A stretch of DNA of 64,000 nt from Vicinamibacterales bacterium (GTDB lineage: Bacteria > Acidobacteriota > Vicinamibacteria > Vicinamibacterales > 2-12-FULL-66-21), in contig DASUKM010000005.1 of the NCBI GenBank assembly GCA_036278735.1, positions 3,012 to 67,011 of the forward strand, given 5' to 3'. Positions 48,839 to 57,495 of the stretch are shown here, one piece after another. The notes under the pieces are model-generated. The model saw nothing but the letters and a program-made list of their open reading frames with translations. It ran no database searches and was not told the origin of the DNA. Numbering within the stretch: position 1 is the first letter of the stretch; each line of letters starts with the position of its first letter. The position numbers and the translations under genes are program-made.

Positions 48839-49000
48839 ATGCTCGGCCGGCTTGGACTGCCAGAACTCATCATCATCCTGTTCATCATCATCCTGGTCTT
48901 CGGGGCGAATCGCCTGCCCGAGATCGGACGCGGGATCGGCAAGGGCATCCGCAACTTCAAGGATGCGACGCGCGACGGATCCGACCATCCGCATTCCTGA
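48839..49000 (+). CDS. tatA: Twin-arginine translocase subunit TatA/E
   Basis: ATG at 48839 after [44 protein letters not shown]. Confidence 0.85.
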   Translation: MLGRLGLPELIIILFIIILVFGANRLPEIGRGIGKGIRNFKDATRDGSDHPHS

Positions 49001-49030
49001 TCCGTCCAGCCATCGCCCCCTCCCAGGGGC

Positions 49031-50941
49031 CTAGAGCACGACGCGCGTGTCCCCGACCCGCCGCGTCACGCGCTCGCGGTCGAGCCATTCCAGCAGCGGG
49101 ATCGCGTACTTGCGCGAGACCCCGAACCGGTCCTTGAAGGTGGCCACGTCCAGCCGGACCAGGCCGGCCCCTTTCAGCCGCACGATTTCCGCTTTCAACG
49201 ATTGAAGCGCGTCCTGGTGGAAGCGGAGCGTGTCCACCTTGACGAGCGTCTTGCGGCGCAGCAGCAGCGTCACCATCCGTTCGGCCACCGCCGCCGGCAC
49301 CCGCGCCGCCGTGGCGGCGGCGGGCACGTCGGGCGGCGCGAGACCGGCGTCCTGAAACACTTTGGCGATCGCCATCGCGGCGCGCGCTTCCTCGGGCGAG
49401 AGCGACACGGCATGGCCGCTGCGGGCGAGGCGCTCGCGGCCCGCAATCGTCCCCTCCCCGGCCAGGCGCAGCACGACGACATCGAACAGCCCTGGGAACG
49501 CACGGCCGAAGATCCGCTCTCGCGCTTCCTCGCGCGGCATCCCCTCCGACAGCGGCGACGATCGATGGTGCGCCTCGACAGCAGCGACGAGCTGTTGCTG
49601 CAGCGTCGTCACGACGCCGGCCGCGAACACCTGCCCGTCGGCCACGACGGTGCGCCCTGACCCGTTCAGCCGTTCGACCATCGCATCCGCCGTCCGCGGC
49701 GTCATGCCCAGACGGGCGGCGAACGCCGAGGCGGGCCACCCGCGCGCGCCGCGCTCCTCGATCATCGCCATCGCCGCCTCCTCGTCGCCGCCGTCGAGCC
49801 GCTGAAAGCGCCGAACGCCGGCGGCGGTGCGGATCGCGCCGCGCGGCGGCAGCGGATCGAGCACGCGTCCGCCGCCAATCGTCACCGTCGGGGAATAGGC
49901 GCGCAGGATGAAGCGATCGCCGCGCGTCAGGACCGCTGGCGCTTCGAGACGGATGCGTGCGAACGCGGCATGCCCGGGCTCCAGGACGGACGCGGGCCCC
50001 TCCGCCCTCGGCGGCCTTTCGGCCGCCAGCGCGACACGGCCCATTACTTCGCTCGTGCCGTGATGGAACCGTACGCGCGCGCCGTGCTTCAGCGGCCGGG
50101 CGTCCGGCAGCAGATCGATCGCGGCGTCGACGCGCCGCGTGGTCTCGAACGCGCCGGGGGCGGTCAGCGTATCGCCGCGGGCGACGTCGGCCACCTCGAT
50201 GCCGCCAAGATTCACGGCGACGCGCCGGCCGGCCGAAGCGCGGCTCTGCGCCGCGCCGTGCACCTGCAGCCCGCGCACCTTGACCGCGCGACCGCCGGGG
50301 AGCAGCGTCAAGTCCTGATCGAGCGCGATCGCACCGGCCTGCAGCGTGCCGGTCACGACCGTTCCGAACCCGCGCATCGAAAACACGCGATCGATCGGCA
50401 GCCGCGGCGGGCCGTCGCTGGAGCGCGTGCGGGGTACGGCGGCGAGCTGCGCGATGGCGTCGCGGAGGGCGTCGAGTCCCTGACCCGTCTTCGCGGACAC
50501 CGGCACGATCCCGGCCCCCTCGAGCGACGAGCCCGCGAGCAGCTCCCGGACTTCCAGATCCGCCAGCGCCAGCGTGTCGGCGTCGACCAGATCCGCCTTC
50601 GTGAGCGCGACGACCCCGGCGGGCACCTGCAGCAGGCGGCAGATGGCGAAGTGTTCGCGCGTCTGCGGCATCACGGATTCGTCGGCCGCGACGACGAGCA
50701 GGACGCCGTCGATGCCGCCAACCCCCGCGAGCATGTTCCGCACGAATCGTTCGTGGCCGGGGACGTCGACGAAGGCGACCTGCACGCCGCCGATCACCGC
50801 GTGCGCGAACCCGAGATCGATCGTGATCCCGCGCGCCTTTTCCTCCTTCAGCCGGTCGGGGTCGGTGCCGGTCAGCGCCTGCACGAGCGTGCTCTTGCCG
50901 TGATCGATGTGTCCGGCGGTGCCGACGACAATCGACGTCAT
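49031..50941 (-). CDS. selB: Selenocysteine-specific translation elongation factor
   Basis: ATG at 50941 overlaps the rnr stop (ATGA). [21 protein letters not shown] and TKADL, followed by winged-helix repeats at the C-terminus. Confidence 0.85.
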   Translation of the reverse strand: MTSIVVGTAGHIDHGKSTLVQALTGTDPDRLKEEKARGITIDLGFAHAVIGGVQVAFVDVPGHERFVRNMLAGVGGIDGVLLVVAADESVMPQTREHFAICRLLQVPAGVVALTKADLVDADTLALADLEVRELLAGSSLEGAGIVPVSAKTGQGLDALRDAIAQLAAVPRTRSSDGPPRLPIDRVFSMRGFGTVVTGTLQAGAIALDQDLTLLPGGRAVKVRGLQVHGAAQSRASAGRRVAVNLGGIEVADVARGDTLTAPGAFETTRRVDAAIDLLPDARPLKHGARVRFHHGTSEVMGRVALAAERPPRAEGPASVLEPGHAAFARIRLEAPAVLTRGDRFILRAYSPTVTIGGGRVLDPLPPRGAIRTAAGVRRFQRLDGGDEEAAMAMIEERGARGWPASAFAARLGMTPRTADAMVERLNGSGRTVVADGQVFAAGVVTTLQQQLVAAVEAHHRSSPLSEGMPREEARERIFGRAFPGLFDVVVLRLAGEGTIAGRERLARSGHAVSLSPEEARAAMAIAKVFQDAGLAPPDVPAAATAARVPAAVAERMVTLLLRRKTLVKVDTLRFHQDALQSLKAEIVRLKGAGLVRLDVATFKDRFGVSRKYAIPLLEWLDRERVTRRVGDTRVVL

Positions 50942-53223
50942 CGGCGCGGCTTCCTGGCCGCGCGTTCCCGCTTGCCGGGACGCGACTTCGGTCGGCGGGG
51001 CTTCGCGCCGCCGGCCGGCTTCGCGCGTCCCTGCGCCTGCGGCGCCCGGCTCTTGCGCGGGCCGCGGTTGCGCTCCGACACGCGGACGGCATCGAGGATC
51101 TCCATGAGCCCGAGGTCCACCTGACGCCGCTCCATGTCCACCTTGATCACCTGCACCCGCACCCGGTCGCCGAGACGGTAGCTCTTGCCCGTGTTCTCGC
51201 CGTACAGCACGTGGGCGCGCTCCATGAACCGGTAATAGTCGTCGGCCATCGTCGAGACGTGGACCATCCCCTCGACGAAGTGCTCGACCAGTTCGACGAA
51301 CAGGCCGAAGGCGGCGACCCCCGTGATGTAGCCCTCGAACTCGTCGCCGACCTTGTCGGCCATGAAGCGGACCTTCTTCCACTGCACCAGCTCGCGCTCG
51401 GCTTCGTCGGCGCGCCGCTCGCGCTCCGAGGTGTGTCGCGCGATTTCCGGGAGGTCCTCGGTGAGCTGCTCCCGGCGCTCCTCCGTCGTCTCGCCGTGCC
51501 GCGACTCGCGCAGCGTGCGGTGCACGACCAGGTCGGGGTACCGGCGAATGGGGGACGTGAAGTGGGTGTAGCTGGCCGCCGCGAGCCCGAAGTGTCCGAG
51601 GTTCGACGGGTCGTACCGGGCCTTCTGCATCGTGCGCAGCATCAGAAACGCGATCGGCTTTTCTTCCGGCTTGCCGTGAATCTTCTCGACCAGCCGCTGA
51701 AAGTGCCGCGGCCGGATCGCGTCGGCCGGCGCGCCCAGACTGAAGCCGAGCGTCGCGATGAACTGTTCGAACTCCTCCACCTTCAGCGGATCCGGCCGTT
51801 CGTGCACCCGGAACAGCGTCGGCACGCCGTGTTCGTCGAGATGCTGCGCCACCGTCTCGTTGGCGACGAGCATGAACTCCTCGATGATCCGGTGCGCGAT
51901 GTTGCGGTTGGCCGCGACGATGTCCTCGACCATCCCCTCGTCGTCGAGCACGATCTCCGGTTCCTTCAGATCGAAGTCGATCGAGCCGCGGCGAATCCGC
52001 CGGCCGTGCAGGATGTCGAACAGCTCGCGCATCGTTTCGAACATCGGGACGAGATCGCGATAGCGGGCCGTCACCTCGGGGTTCCCCACCGTGAGTATCT
52101 CGTTGACGTCGGTGTACGTCATCCGCGCGTCGGAATGGATGACGCCGTCGTGCATGTCGTAGTGAACGACGTCCCCCTGCCGATCGATGTCCATGACGCA
52201 CGACTGCACGAGACGGTCGACCCGCGGATTCAGGCTGCAGAGGCCTGTCGCCAGCTCGGACGGGAACATGTGGACCGCCCGCTCCGGGAAATAGACCGAG
52301 GTGCCGCGCTCGTACGCCTCGCCGTCGAGCGCGCCCCCTTCCGGCACGTAGTGCGCGACGTCGGCGATATGGACCCCGAGACGGTAGATGCCGTTCGGCA
52401 GCCGCTCGATCGTGATCGCGTCGTCGAAATCGCGCGCGTGCTCGCCGTCGATCGTCACGGTCGTCAGGGGCCGGAAATCGGTGCGCCCGCGAATGTCCTG
52501 GGGCCGGACTTCGGTGCCCAGCCGCTGCGCCTCTGCGATCGCTTCCTCGCCGTGCACGTCGGGGATGTTGTATTTCCGGATGATGATCTGCGTGTCGACG
52601 CCGGGCTCGTCGATGTCGCCGAGCACCTCGACGACGCGCCCCATCGGACTGCGCGTTGGCGTCGGCCAGCGCGTGATCTCGGCCACCACCATGTCGCCCG
52701 GCTCGGCGCCGAGACGGTCGGCGTCGAGGATGTGGACGTCCATGATGATCCGGCGATCGAACGGCACCAGAAAGCCGAGCCCCGACTCGTCGCGGTCGAA
52801 CCGGCCGACAATGCTCGCCGACCCGCGCTCGAGGATCCGGACGATGCGCCCTTCGGCCCGCCCGTCCTGCGTCCGCTCGATCCGGGCGACGACGCGATCG
52901 CCGTGCGTCGCCTGGTTCAGGTTGCTCCCGCCGATGAAGAGGTCGCCCGAGACGCCTTCGAGCGGCCGGTCGGGGATGACGAAGCCGAACCCGCGCGGGT
53001 GCGTCTGGACCCGCCCGACGACCAGATTCATGAGGTCCGGCAGGCCGAACCGGTTGCCGCGCGTCTGAATCAGGTGCCCGCTCTCGACGAGCCCGGCGAG
53101 CAGCCGCGACAGGGCGGGCCGCTGGTCGCGGGGAATCTGGAGCCGCTGCAGCAGCTCGCGCGGGGTCGAGGGATGGTGCACTTTGTCGCGGAAGGCCGCC
53201 AGGAGCTGGTCGCGCGTCAACAT
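50938..53223 (-). CDS. rnr: Ribonuclease R
   Basis: ATG at 53223. Cold-shock-like N-terminal region (HPRGFGFV), RNB domain, S1 domain and a Lys/Arg-rich tail. Confidence 0.9.
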   Translation of the reverse strand: MLTRDQLLAAFRDKVHHPSTPRELLQRLQIPRDQRPALSRLLAGLVESGHLIQTRGNRFGLPDLMNLVVGRVQTHPRGFGFVIPDRPLEGVSGDLFIGGSNLNQATHGDRVVARIERTQDGRAEGRIVRILERGSASIVGRFDRDESGLGFLVPFDRRIIMDVHILDADRLGAEPGDMVVAEITRWPTPTRSPMGRVVEVLGDIDEPGVDTQIIIRKYNIPDVHGEEAIAEAQRLGTEVRPQDIRGRTDFRPLTTVTIDGEHARDFDDAITIERLPNGIYRLGVHIADVAHYVPEGGALDGEAYERGTSVYFPERAVHMFPSELATGLCSLNPRVDRLVQSCVMDIDRQGDVVHYDMHDGVIHSDARMTYTDVNEILTVGNPEVTARYRDLVPMFETMRELFDILHGRRIRRGSIDFDLKEPEIVLDDEGMVEDIVAANRNIAHRIIEEFMLVANETVAQHLDEHGVPTLFRVHERPDPLKVEEFEQFIATLGFSLGAPADAIRPRHFQRLVEKIHGKPEEKPIAFLMLRTMQKARYDPSNLGHFGLAAASYTHFTSPIRRYPDLVVHRTLRESRHGETTEERREQLTEDLPEIARHTSERERRADEAERELVQWKKVRFMADKVGDEFEGYITGVAAFGLFVELVEHFVEGMVHVSTMADDYYRFMERAHVLYGENTGKSYRLGDRVRVQVIKVDMERRQVDLGLMEILDAVRVSERNRGPRKSRAPQAQGRAKPAGGAKPRRPKSRPGKRERAARKPRR

Positions 53224-53260
53224 GGGGATCCAGAGAATCACACTGGCGGGGAATGGGCAA

Positions 53261-53330
53261 GGACGGAGGGTGGAGGACGGAGGGTGGAGGACGGAGGGTG
53301 GAGGGCGGAGGGCGGAGGGTGGAGGGCGGG
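53261..53330. repeat. About 9.5 tandem heptamers GGAGGRY; the last five units form a canonical G-quadruplex motif
   Basis: Tiled from 53265: ggagggt ggaggac ggagggt ggaggac ggagggt ggagggc ggagggc ggagggt ggagggc ggg. It lies in the divergent gap between rnr (-) and the ECF sigma gene (+). Confidence 0.9.
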
Positions 53331-53409
53331 TCTTCAGACCGGCAGACGCGGCCCAGGCCAGGCTCATGCCGACCCAACCGCCGGCCCCGTAAGGCCCTCT
53401 ACTGCTGGT

Positions 53410-54105
53410 GTGAGCCACAGCGGCGCATCTGATGCCGCCGATGCGGCGCTCGTCAGCCGGGCCCGGGCCGGGGACGTCGAGGCGTTCGGGCAACTTGTGG
53501 AGCGGCACCGCCGGGCGGTATATCGCGCGGCGCTGGCCGCGCTGGGCTCGGCAGCCGAGGCAGACGACGCGGCGCAGGACGCGTGCGTGGCGGCCTTTCA
53601 GCGCCTCTCGACGTTTCGCGGCGAGGCGTCCTTCAAGACGTGGTTGCTGGCGATCGCCTGGCGCTGCGCGACGTCGCGGCGAACGCGGCTGCGGACGTGG
53701 ACGCGTCGCCTGACATTCTCGCCGCGAGAGGACGAAGAAGGGCGGCTCGAGCAGGTACCCGCCCAAGGCGCATCGGCGGAAGAGACCGTCGCCGCGCTCG
53801 AGTTGCAGCGCGACATCCGTGCCGCCATCGGGACACTGCCGCGCAAGCTGCGGGAGACACTGCTCCTCGCCGGATCCGGCGATTGCTCGTATGAGGAGAT
53901 TGGCGGGATGCTCGAGATTCCTGTCGGCACGGTGAAGTGGCGAGTGTCGGAGGCGAGACGAAGGGTGAAGGCGGAAGTAGTCAGAAGTCAGAAGGCGGAA
54001 GACGGAAGGCGGAAGACGGAAGACGGAAGACGGAAGGCGGAAGGCGGAAGGCGGAAGGCGGAAGGCGGAAGGCGGAAGGTAGAGAGTAAGAGCCTCGGCG
54101 AATGA
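53410..54105 (+). CDS. ECF-type RNA polymerase sigma factor with repeat-encoded C-terminal tail
   Basis: GTG at 53410. AFGQLVERHRRAVYRAA (region 2), DAAQDA...FKTWLLAIA, and region 4 HTH (SYEEIGGMLEIPVGTVKWRVSEAR). The tail (AEDGRRK/AEGGRRK)n comes from the heptamer array. Confidence 0.8.
   Translation: MSHSGASDAADAALVSRARAGDVEAFGQLVERHRRAVYRAALAALGSAAEADDAAQDACVAAFQRLSTFRGEASFKTWLLAIAWRCATSRRTRLRTWTRRLTFSPREDEEGRLEQVPAQGASAEETVAALELQRDIRAAIGTLPRKLRETLLLAGSGDCSYEEIGGMLEIPVGTVKWRVSEARRRVKAEVVRSQKAEDGRRKTEDGRRKAEGGRRKAEGGRRKVESKSLGE
53971..54082 (+). repeat. About 16 tandem heptamers AAGRCGG (12 near-perfect, 53992-54075) inside the 3' end of the sigma-factor gene
   Basis: Tiled directly from the sequence. 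It is the same heptamer (AGACGGA rotation) as the coding-strand repeat at 26086-26121. Confidence 0.9.
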
Positions 54106-54677
54106 CTGACATTCCGCGAATCACCGACAAGAGCCTCGATGAGGCACTCGATGCGACCATTCGAACGATGGTCGACGGAGAGCCGTCTCCGGGCTTTCGC
54201 GCGCGGGTCGTCGCACGGCTTGGCGAACCGGGGAGGCGCGGTCCGGGCGTGGAATGGATCACGCTGTCCGCACTGGCCGCCGCCATCGTCGTGGCCATTG
54301 TGCTGTGGCTTCCGCGCCGCGGCGTGCACCTGCCCACGCCGGCGCCGCGGGCGCATGCGGACGTCGCGCTCGCACGGCCACCGGCTGTTGACGGCGAGCG
54401 CCGTGCGGCCCCTGCCGCGATCCGCATAGCGCGCCCTTCGATCGACGGGATTCGGCCGCCGCGCCGCCCGGTCGTGCCGACGGCGGATGCGCCGCCGCTC
54501 CCGGAGCGGCCATCCGTCGCGGCGGTGCTGGTCGTGCGACTCGCCGAACCCGCGGCCATCGAGGTGCCGCCGATCGGCGCGGATCCGATTGAGGTTGCCC
54601 GACTCACAGTACGGTCCCTGCCCGCGCCTCCGGCCGTGGAGGTCGGGGCGTTCAACCCGCGCGAGACGCGGGAGTGA
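54102..54677 (+). CDS. Putative anti-sigma factor (single-pass membrane protein)
   Basis: The ATG overlaps the sigma gene stop (ATGA). It has one TM segment (ITLSALAAAIVVAIVLWL) and a Pro/Ala-rich extracytoplasmic part. The call rests on position. Confidence 0.5.
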   Translation: MTDIPRITDKSLDEALDATIRTMVDGEPSPGFRARVVARLGEPGRRGPGVEWITLSALAAAIVVAIVLWLPRRGVHLPTPAPRAHADVALARPPAVDGERRAAPAAIRIARPSIDGIRPPRRPVVPTADAPPLPERPSVAAVLVVRLAEPAAIEVPPIGADPIEVARLTVRSLPAPPAVEVGAFNPRETRE

Positions 54678-54693
54678 GGAGCTGACGGCGGTC

Positions 54694-55260
54694 ATGTTGA
54701 AAACGCTGCTGATGACGTGCTCTGTGCTCGCGGTCGCGACACTGGCCGGCGCCCAGGCGCCCAAACCGAAAGAACCGCCGGACCAGAAGGCCCCCGCGCG
54801 GCAGGAAGCCGTCCGCACGCCCGCGTCACAGGCGCGGCCTGTGAACATCAAGATCGACTTGACGATCGTCGATCAGACGGGACCCTCCGCCTCGAGTCAG
54901 AAGACCGTCTCGATGATCGTGGCGGATCAGCAGCGCGGCATGATCCGGACGCTGGCGTTCGTCCGAACCCCGGAAGGCAACAAGCCGATCGAGATCAATG
55001 TCGACGCGCATCCGACCATCATGAAGGACGACCTGATCAGCGTGCAGTTTACCTTGCAGTACCAGCCCCATCCGGCGTCGGCCGAGGCATCGCGCGGTGG
55101 GCAGACTGACGCGAGCGCAACGACAGCCGGCGGGGCGGCCGTCACCGAAATGCTTGGACTGCTGCTCGAGAGCGGCAAGGAAATGGTGATCTCGCAGGCC
55201 GCCGATCCGATCACCGATCGAAAAGTGACCGTCGGAGTGACGGCGACGATTCTGCGATAG
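54694..55260 (+). CDS. Secreted hypothetical protein
   Basis: ATG at 54694 after GAGGAG. Signal peptide MLKTLLMTCSVLAVATLAGAQA and a beta-rich body. It is the third gene of the ECF unit. Confidence 0.5.
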   Translation: MLKTLLMTCSVLAVATLAGAQAPKPKEPPDQKAPARQEAVRTPASQARPVNIKIDLTIVDQTGPSASSQKTVSMIVADQQRGMIRTLAFVRTPEGNKPIEINVDAHPTIMKDDLISVQFTLQYQPHPASAEASRGGQTDASATTAGGAAVTEMLGLLLESGKEMVISQAADPITDRKVTVGVTATILR

Positions 55261-55273
55261 GCTGGGCCGTCCG

Positions 55274-55681
55274 TTATTTCATGGCCGCCGCGATCGACTT
55301 CAGCGCGGCATCGGCCTGCGTGTTGGCCCCCTGGTCCAGCCGGCCGGCGAGGCGCTGCGCCTCCTGCGCGTGCGTGAGCGCCTCGCCAAGCGCCTGCGCC
55401 GCCTCTCGCTGACCGGCTTGCTGCGCCCGATCGTGCGCCCGCTGCAGCGGCGCCTTGGCGTCTTCGAGCTGCTGCTGGGCATCGCCGAAGTTCACGTTGT
55501 AGAGGCTGACCCGCGCCTGCAGGATGTGCCCTCGCGCGTCCGCCAGATCGAGCCGCTGCGTCGCCTCCGCCAGCGCATGCTCCGCCGGCAACCGGCCCGA
55601 GGCACCCCAGGCAAACCCGACCGCCACCGCGACGGCCAGCGCAACGACGATTCCGATCGCGATCTTGAGGCGTGGCGACAT
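55274..55681 (-). CDS. Membrane-anchored coiled-coil hypothetical protein
   Basis: N-terminal TM segment (IAIGIVVALAVAVAVGFAW) and a helical, Ala/Gln-rich remainder. Confidence 0.5.
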   Translation of the reverse strand: MSPRLKIAIGIVVALAVAVAVGFAWGASGRLPAEHALAEATQRLDLADARGHILQARVSLYNVNFGDAQQQLEDAKAPLQRAHDRAQQAGQREAAQALGEALTHAQEAQRLAGRLDQGANTQADAALKSIAAAMK

Positions 55682-55701
55682 GGGCGAAGTATACGAATGA
55701 T

Positions 55702-55860
55702 CAGTGACCAGTTACCAGTTACCAGTTACCAGTTGCCAGTTGCCAGTTACCAGTTGCCAGTTACCAGTTGCCAGTTCTGGTTACTGGTTACTGGTTACTG
55801 GTTACTGGTTACTGGTTACTGGTTACTGGTTACTGGTTACTGGTTACTGGTTACTGGGTC
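55702..55860. repeat. Quasi-palindromic double heptamer array: about 10.7 x CAGTTRC, then about 12 x CTGGTTA
   Basis: The left arm spans 55702-55776 and the right arm 55777-55860. The arms are 6/7 complementary per unit when aligned antiparallel (a recurring T-T mismatch), or 5/7 where the left unit is CAGTTGC. The gck stop TAA (55851-55853) lies in the last unit. Confidence 0.9.
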
Positions 55861-57128
55861 TGCACCAGCAGCACCTGCACGTCTCCGACGTTCGTGCCCG
55901 TCGGGCCGGTGATGACGAGATCGCCGAGCGATTGGAAGAACGGGTAGGCGTCGTTGTCGGCGAGCGCGCGTTCGGGGTCCAGACCGGCGGCGTGCGCCCG
56001 CTCCAGCGTGCTCTCGTCGGCGATCGCGCCGGCGGCGTCGGTCGGGCCGTCGACGCCGTCGCTGCCGATGCTCCCGAACGCGCACGGGCCGCAGTGCGCC
56101 AACGGCTCCAGCGCCCCGAGCACGACCTCCTGGTTGCGCCCTCCCTTCCCCTTCCCGCGCACCGTCACTGTCGTCTCTCCCGAGGCAATCACGCAGAGTG
56201 GACGTCCGTCGTGCACGACGCGCGCCTGCTCGATCAACGCGACGCCGGCGTGCCGCGCCTCGCCGACAACCGGGGGGTCTACGAGCTGCACGCGGTAGCC
56301 GAGCGCCCGCGCGCGTGCGGCCGCGCCCGCCATCGCGTCGCGGCGGCCGCCGGCGAGCACGAAGGCCGCGTCCGCCAGCCGGGGGTCTCCGGGCTTCGGC
56401 GTCTCCGCGATCTCTCCGCGCAATCCCCGCGCGATGTGCCGCCGGATCGTCTCGGGCACGTGCTCGACGCGCCGGAGCGCGGCGTCAGCCTCCGCGAATG
56501 TCGACGGGTCGGCCACCGTGGGGCCCGATCCGATCACCGCCGGATCGTCCTCGATCGGCGCGTGCACGTCCGAGATGGCCAACGTGATCGATCGCCGGGC
56601 CCGCAGCGCCAGCTGGCCCCCTTTGAAAGCGGAGAGATGCTTCCGAACCGCATTGAAGGGGGCGATCGGCGTGCCCGCGCGCAGCAGCGCGCGCGTGACG
56701 TCGACGAGGTCGTCGAGCGCGATCTCGCCGGCGGGCGCTTCGATGAGCGCCGACGCGCCTCCCGAGAGCAGCACCACGAGCCGCGATCCGCCCTGCGCGC
56801 GTTCCGCAATCTCCAGCGCGCCCCGGCCGGCCGCGACGCTCTCGGCGGTCGGCAGCGGATGCCCTGCCGCATGGACCTGCAGCCGCGCGTCCGCAATCCC
56901 CTCGCCCCCCGGCATGGCGACCACGCCGGCGACGAGACGATCGCCGCAGGTCTCGAGCAGGGCGCGTGTCATCGGGACGGCCGCCTTGCCGGCGGCGACG
57001 AGTATGAGGGGAGCGGTGAAGGTCGAGGGTTGGCGCGCGAGCGCCCGCAGGGTGAGCGCATACCCGTCGCAGCCGCGGACGGCAGCGTCGAGGATGGTCC
57101 GAAGGTCGTCGCGTAGCGATGTGTTCAG
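55851..57128 (-). CDS. Glycerate 2-kinase / hydroxypyruvate reductase family (MOFRL); probable CTG start
   Basis: The first ATG (56972) would remove 52 conserved N-terminal residues (LRDDLRTILDAAVRGCDGYAL...LILVAAGKAAVPM). No in-frame ATG/GTG/TTG lies upstream. CTG at 57128 overlaps the upstream stop as CTGA. Confidence 0.75.
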   Translation of the reverse strand: MNTSLRDDLRTILDAAVRGCDGYALTLRALARQPSTFTAPLILVAAGKAAVPMTRALLETCGDRLVAGVVAMPGGEGIADARLQVHAAGHPLPTAESVAAGRGALEIAERAQGGSRLVVLLSGGASALIEAPAGEIALDDLVDVTRALLRAGTPIAPFNAVRKHLSAFKGGQLALRARRSITLAISDVHAPIEDDPAVIGSGPTVADPSTFAEADAALRRVEHVPETIRRHIARGLRGEIAETPKPGDPRLADAAFVLAGGRRDAMAGAAARARALGYRVQLVDPPVVGEARHAGVALIEQARVVHDGRPLCVIASGETTVTVRGKGKGGRNQEVVLGALEPLAHCGPCAFGSIGSDGVDGPTDAAGAIADESTLERAHAAGLDPERALADNDAYPFFQSLGDLVITGPTGTNVGDVQVLLVQTQ

Positions 57129-57412
57129 TGCAGAGGCTTCAAATCCGACCAGGCCGACAGCCCGGTGACCAGATCGTACGTACGCAACAGCCGGCTTATC
57201 ACCTGATCAGCATCCGCTTTCGCACAGAGCTGGTCGAGCTTGCCCAGAATCTGATCGATGCCTCGATCGGCATTCGTGATGGCTCGCTCCGAGTAGTACT
57301 CCCGCTGCCGCGCCAGGCAGGCACGATGCTTCAGGAACTCCTCACGGTAGAAGTCGGTCAGTAGCGTGACAGGAGTAACCGAACCCCGGTTCGCGCCGAC
57401 GACGCGTGCCAT
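57125..57412 (-). CDS. Small hypothetical protein (95 aa)
   Basis: ATG at 57412 preceded by GAGGGGAG. It is helical, and the region looks more A/T-rich than its flanks. No family recognised. Confidence 0.4.
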   Translation of the reverse strand: MARVVGANRGSVTPVTLLTDFYREEFLKHRACLARQREYYSERAITNADRGIDQILGKLDQLCAKADADQVISRLLRTYDLVTGLSAWSDLKPLH

Positions 57413-57495
57413 GCGACTCCCCTCGCCATGGAACATATGATGGAATAATTCGAGTGTAAGGGTGAGCTGCGGGCAGTGTCAACGAAAACCCAAGC

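Noticed and set aside
49014-49030. Bidirectional terminator between tatA and selB (GCCCC-ctccca-GGGGC)
   Set aside because: The stem has only 5 bp and there is no T-tract. It is too weak to call.
49031-50941. A selenoprotein gene or SECIS element near selB
   Set aside because: I saw no pair of adjacent same-frame ORFs separated by a single TGA, and no tRNA-Sec-like sequence in the window. I cannot exclude one elsewhere in the genome.
49031-53377. Apparent 1448-aa fusion ORF, and other over-long ORFs (5586..7577, 6500..8230, 9608..11731, 13968..15170, 14651..16006, 28313..30169, 29587..30912, 33235..35199, 34608..37346, 36893..39379, 59038..61530)
   Set aside because: The conserved protein begins at an internal start that overlaps the stop of the upstream gene. 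The extension is the upstream gene read in another frame.
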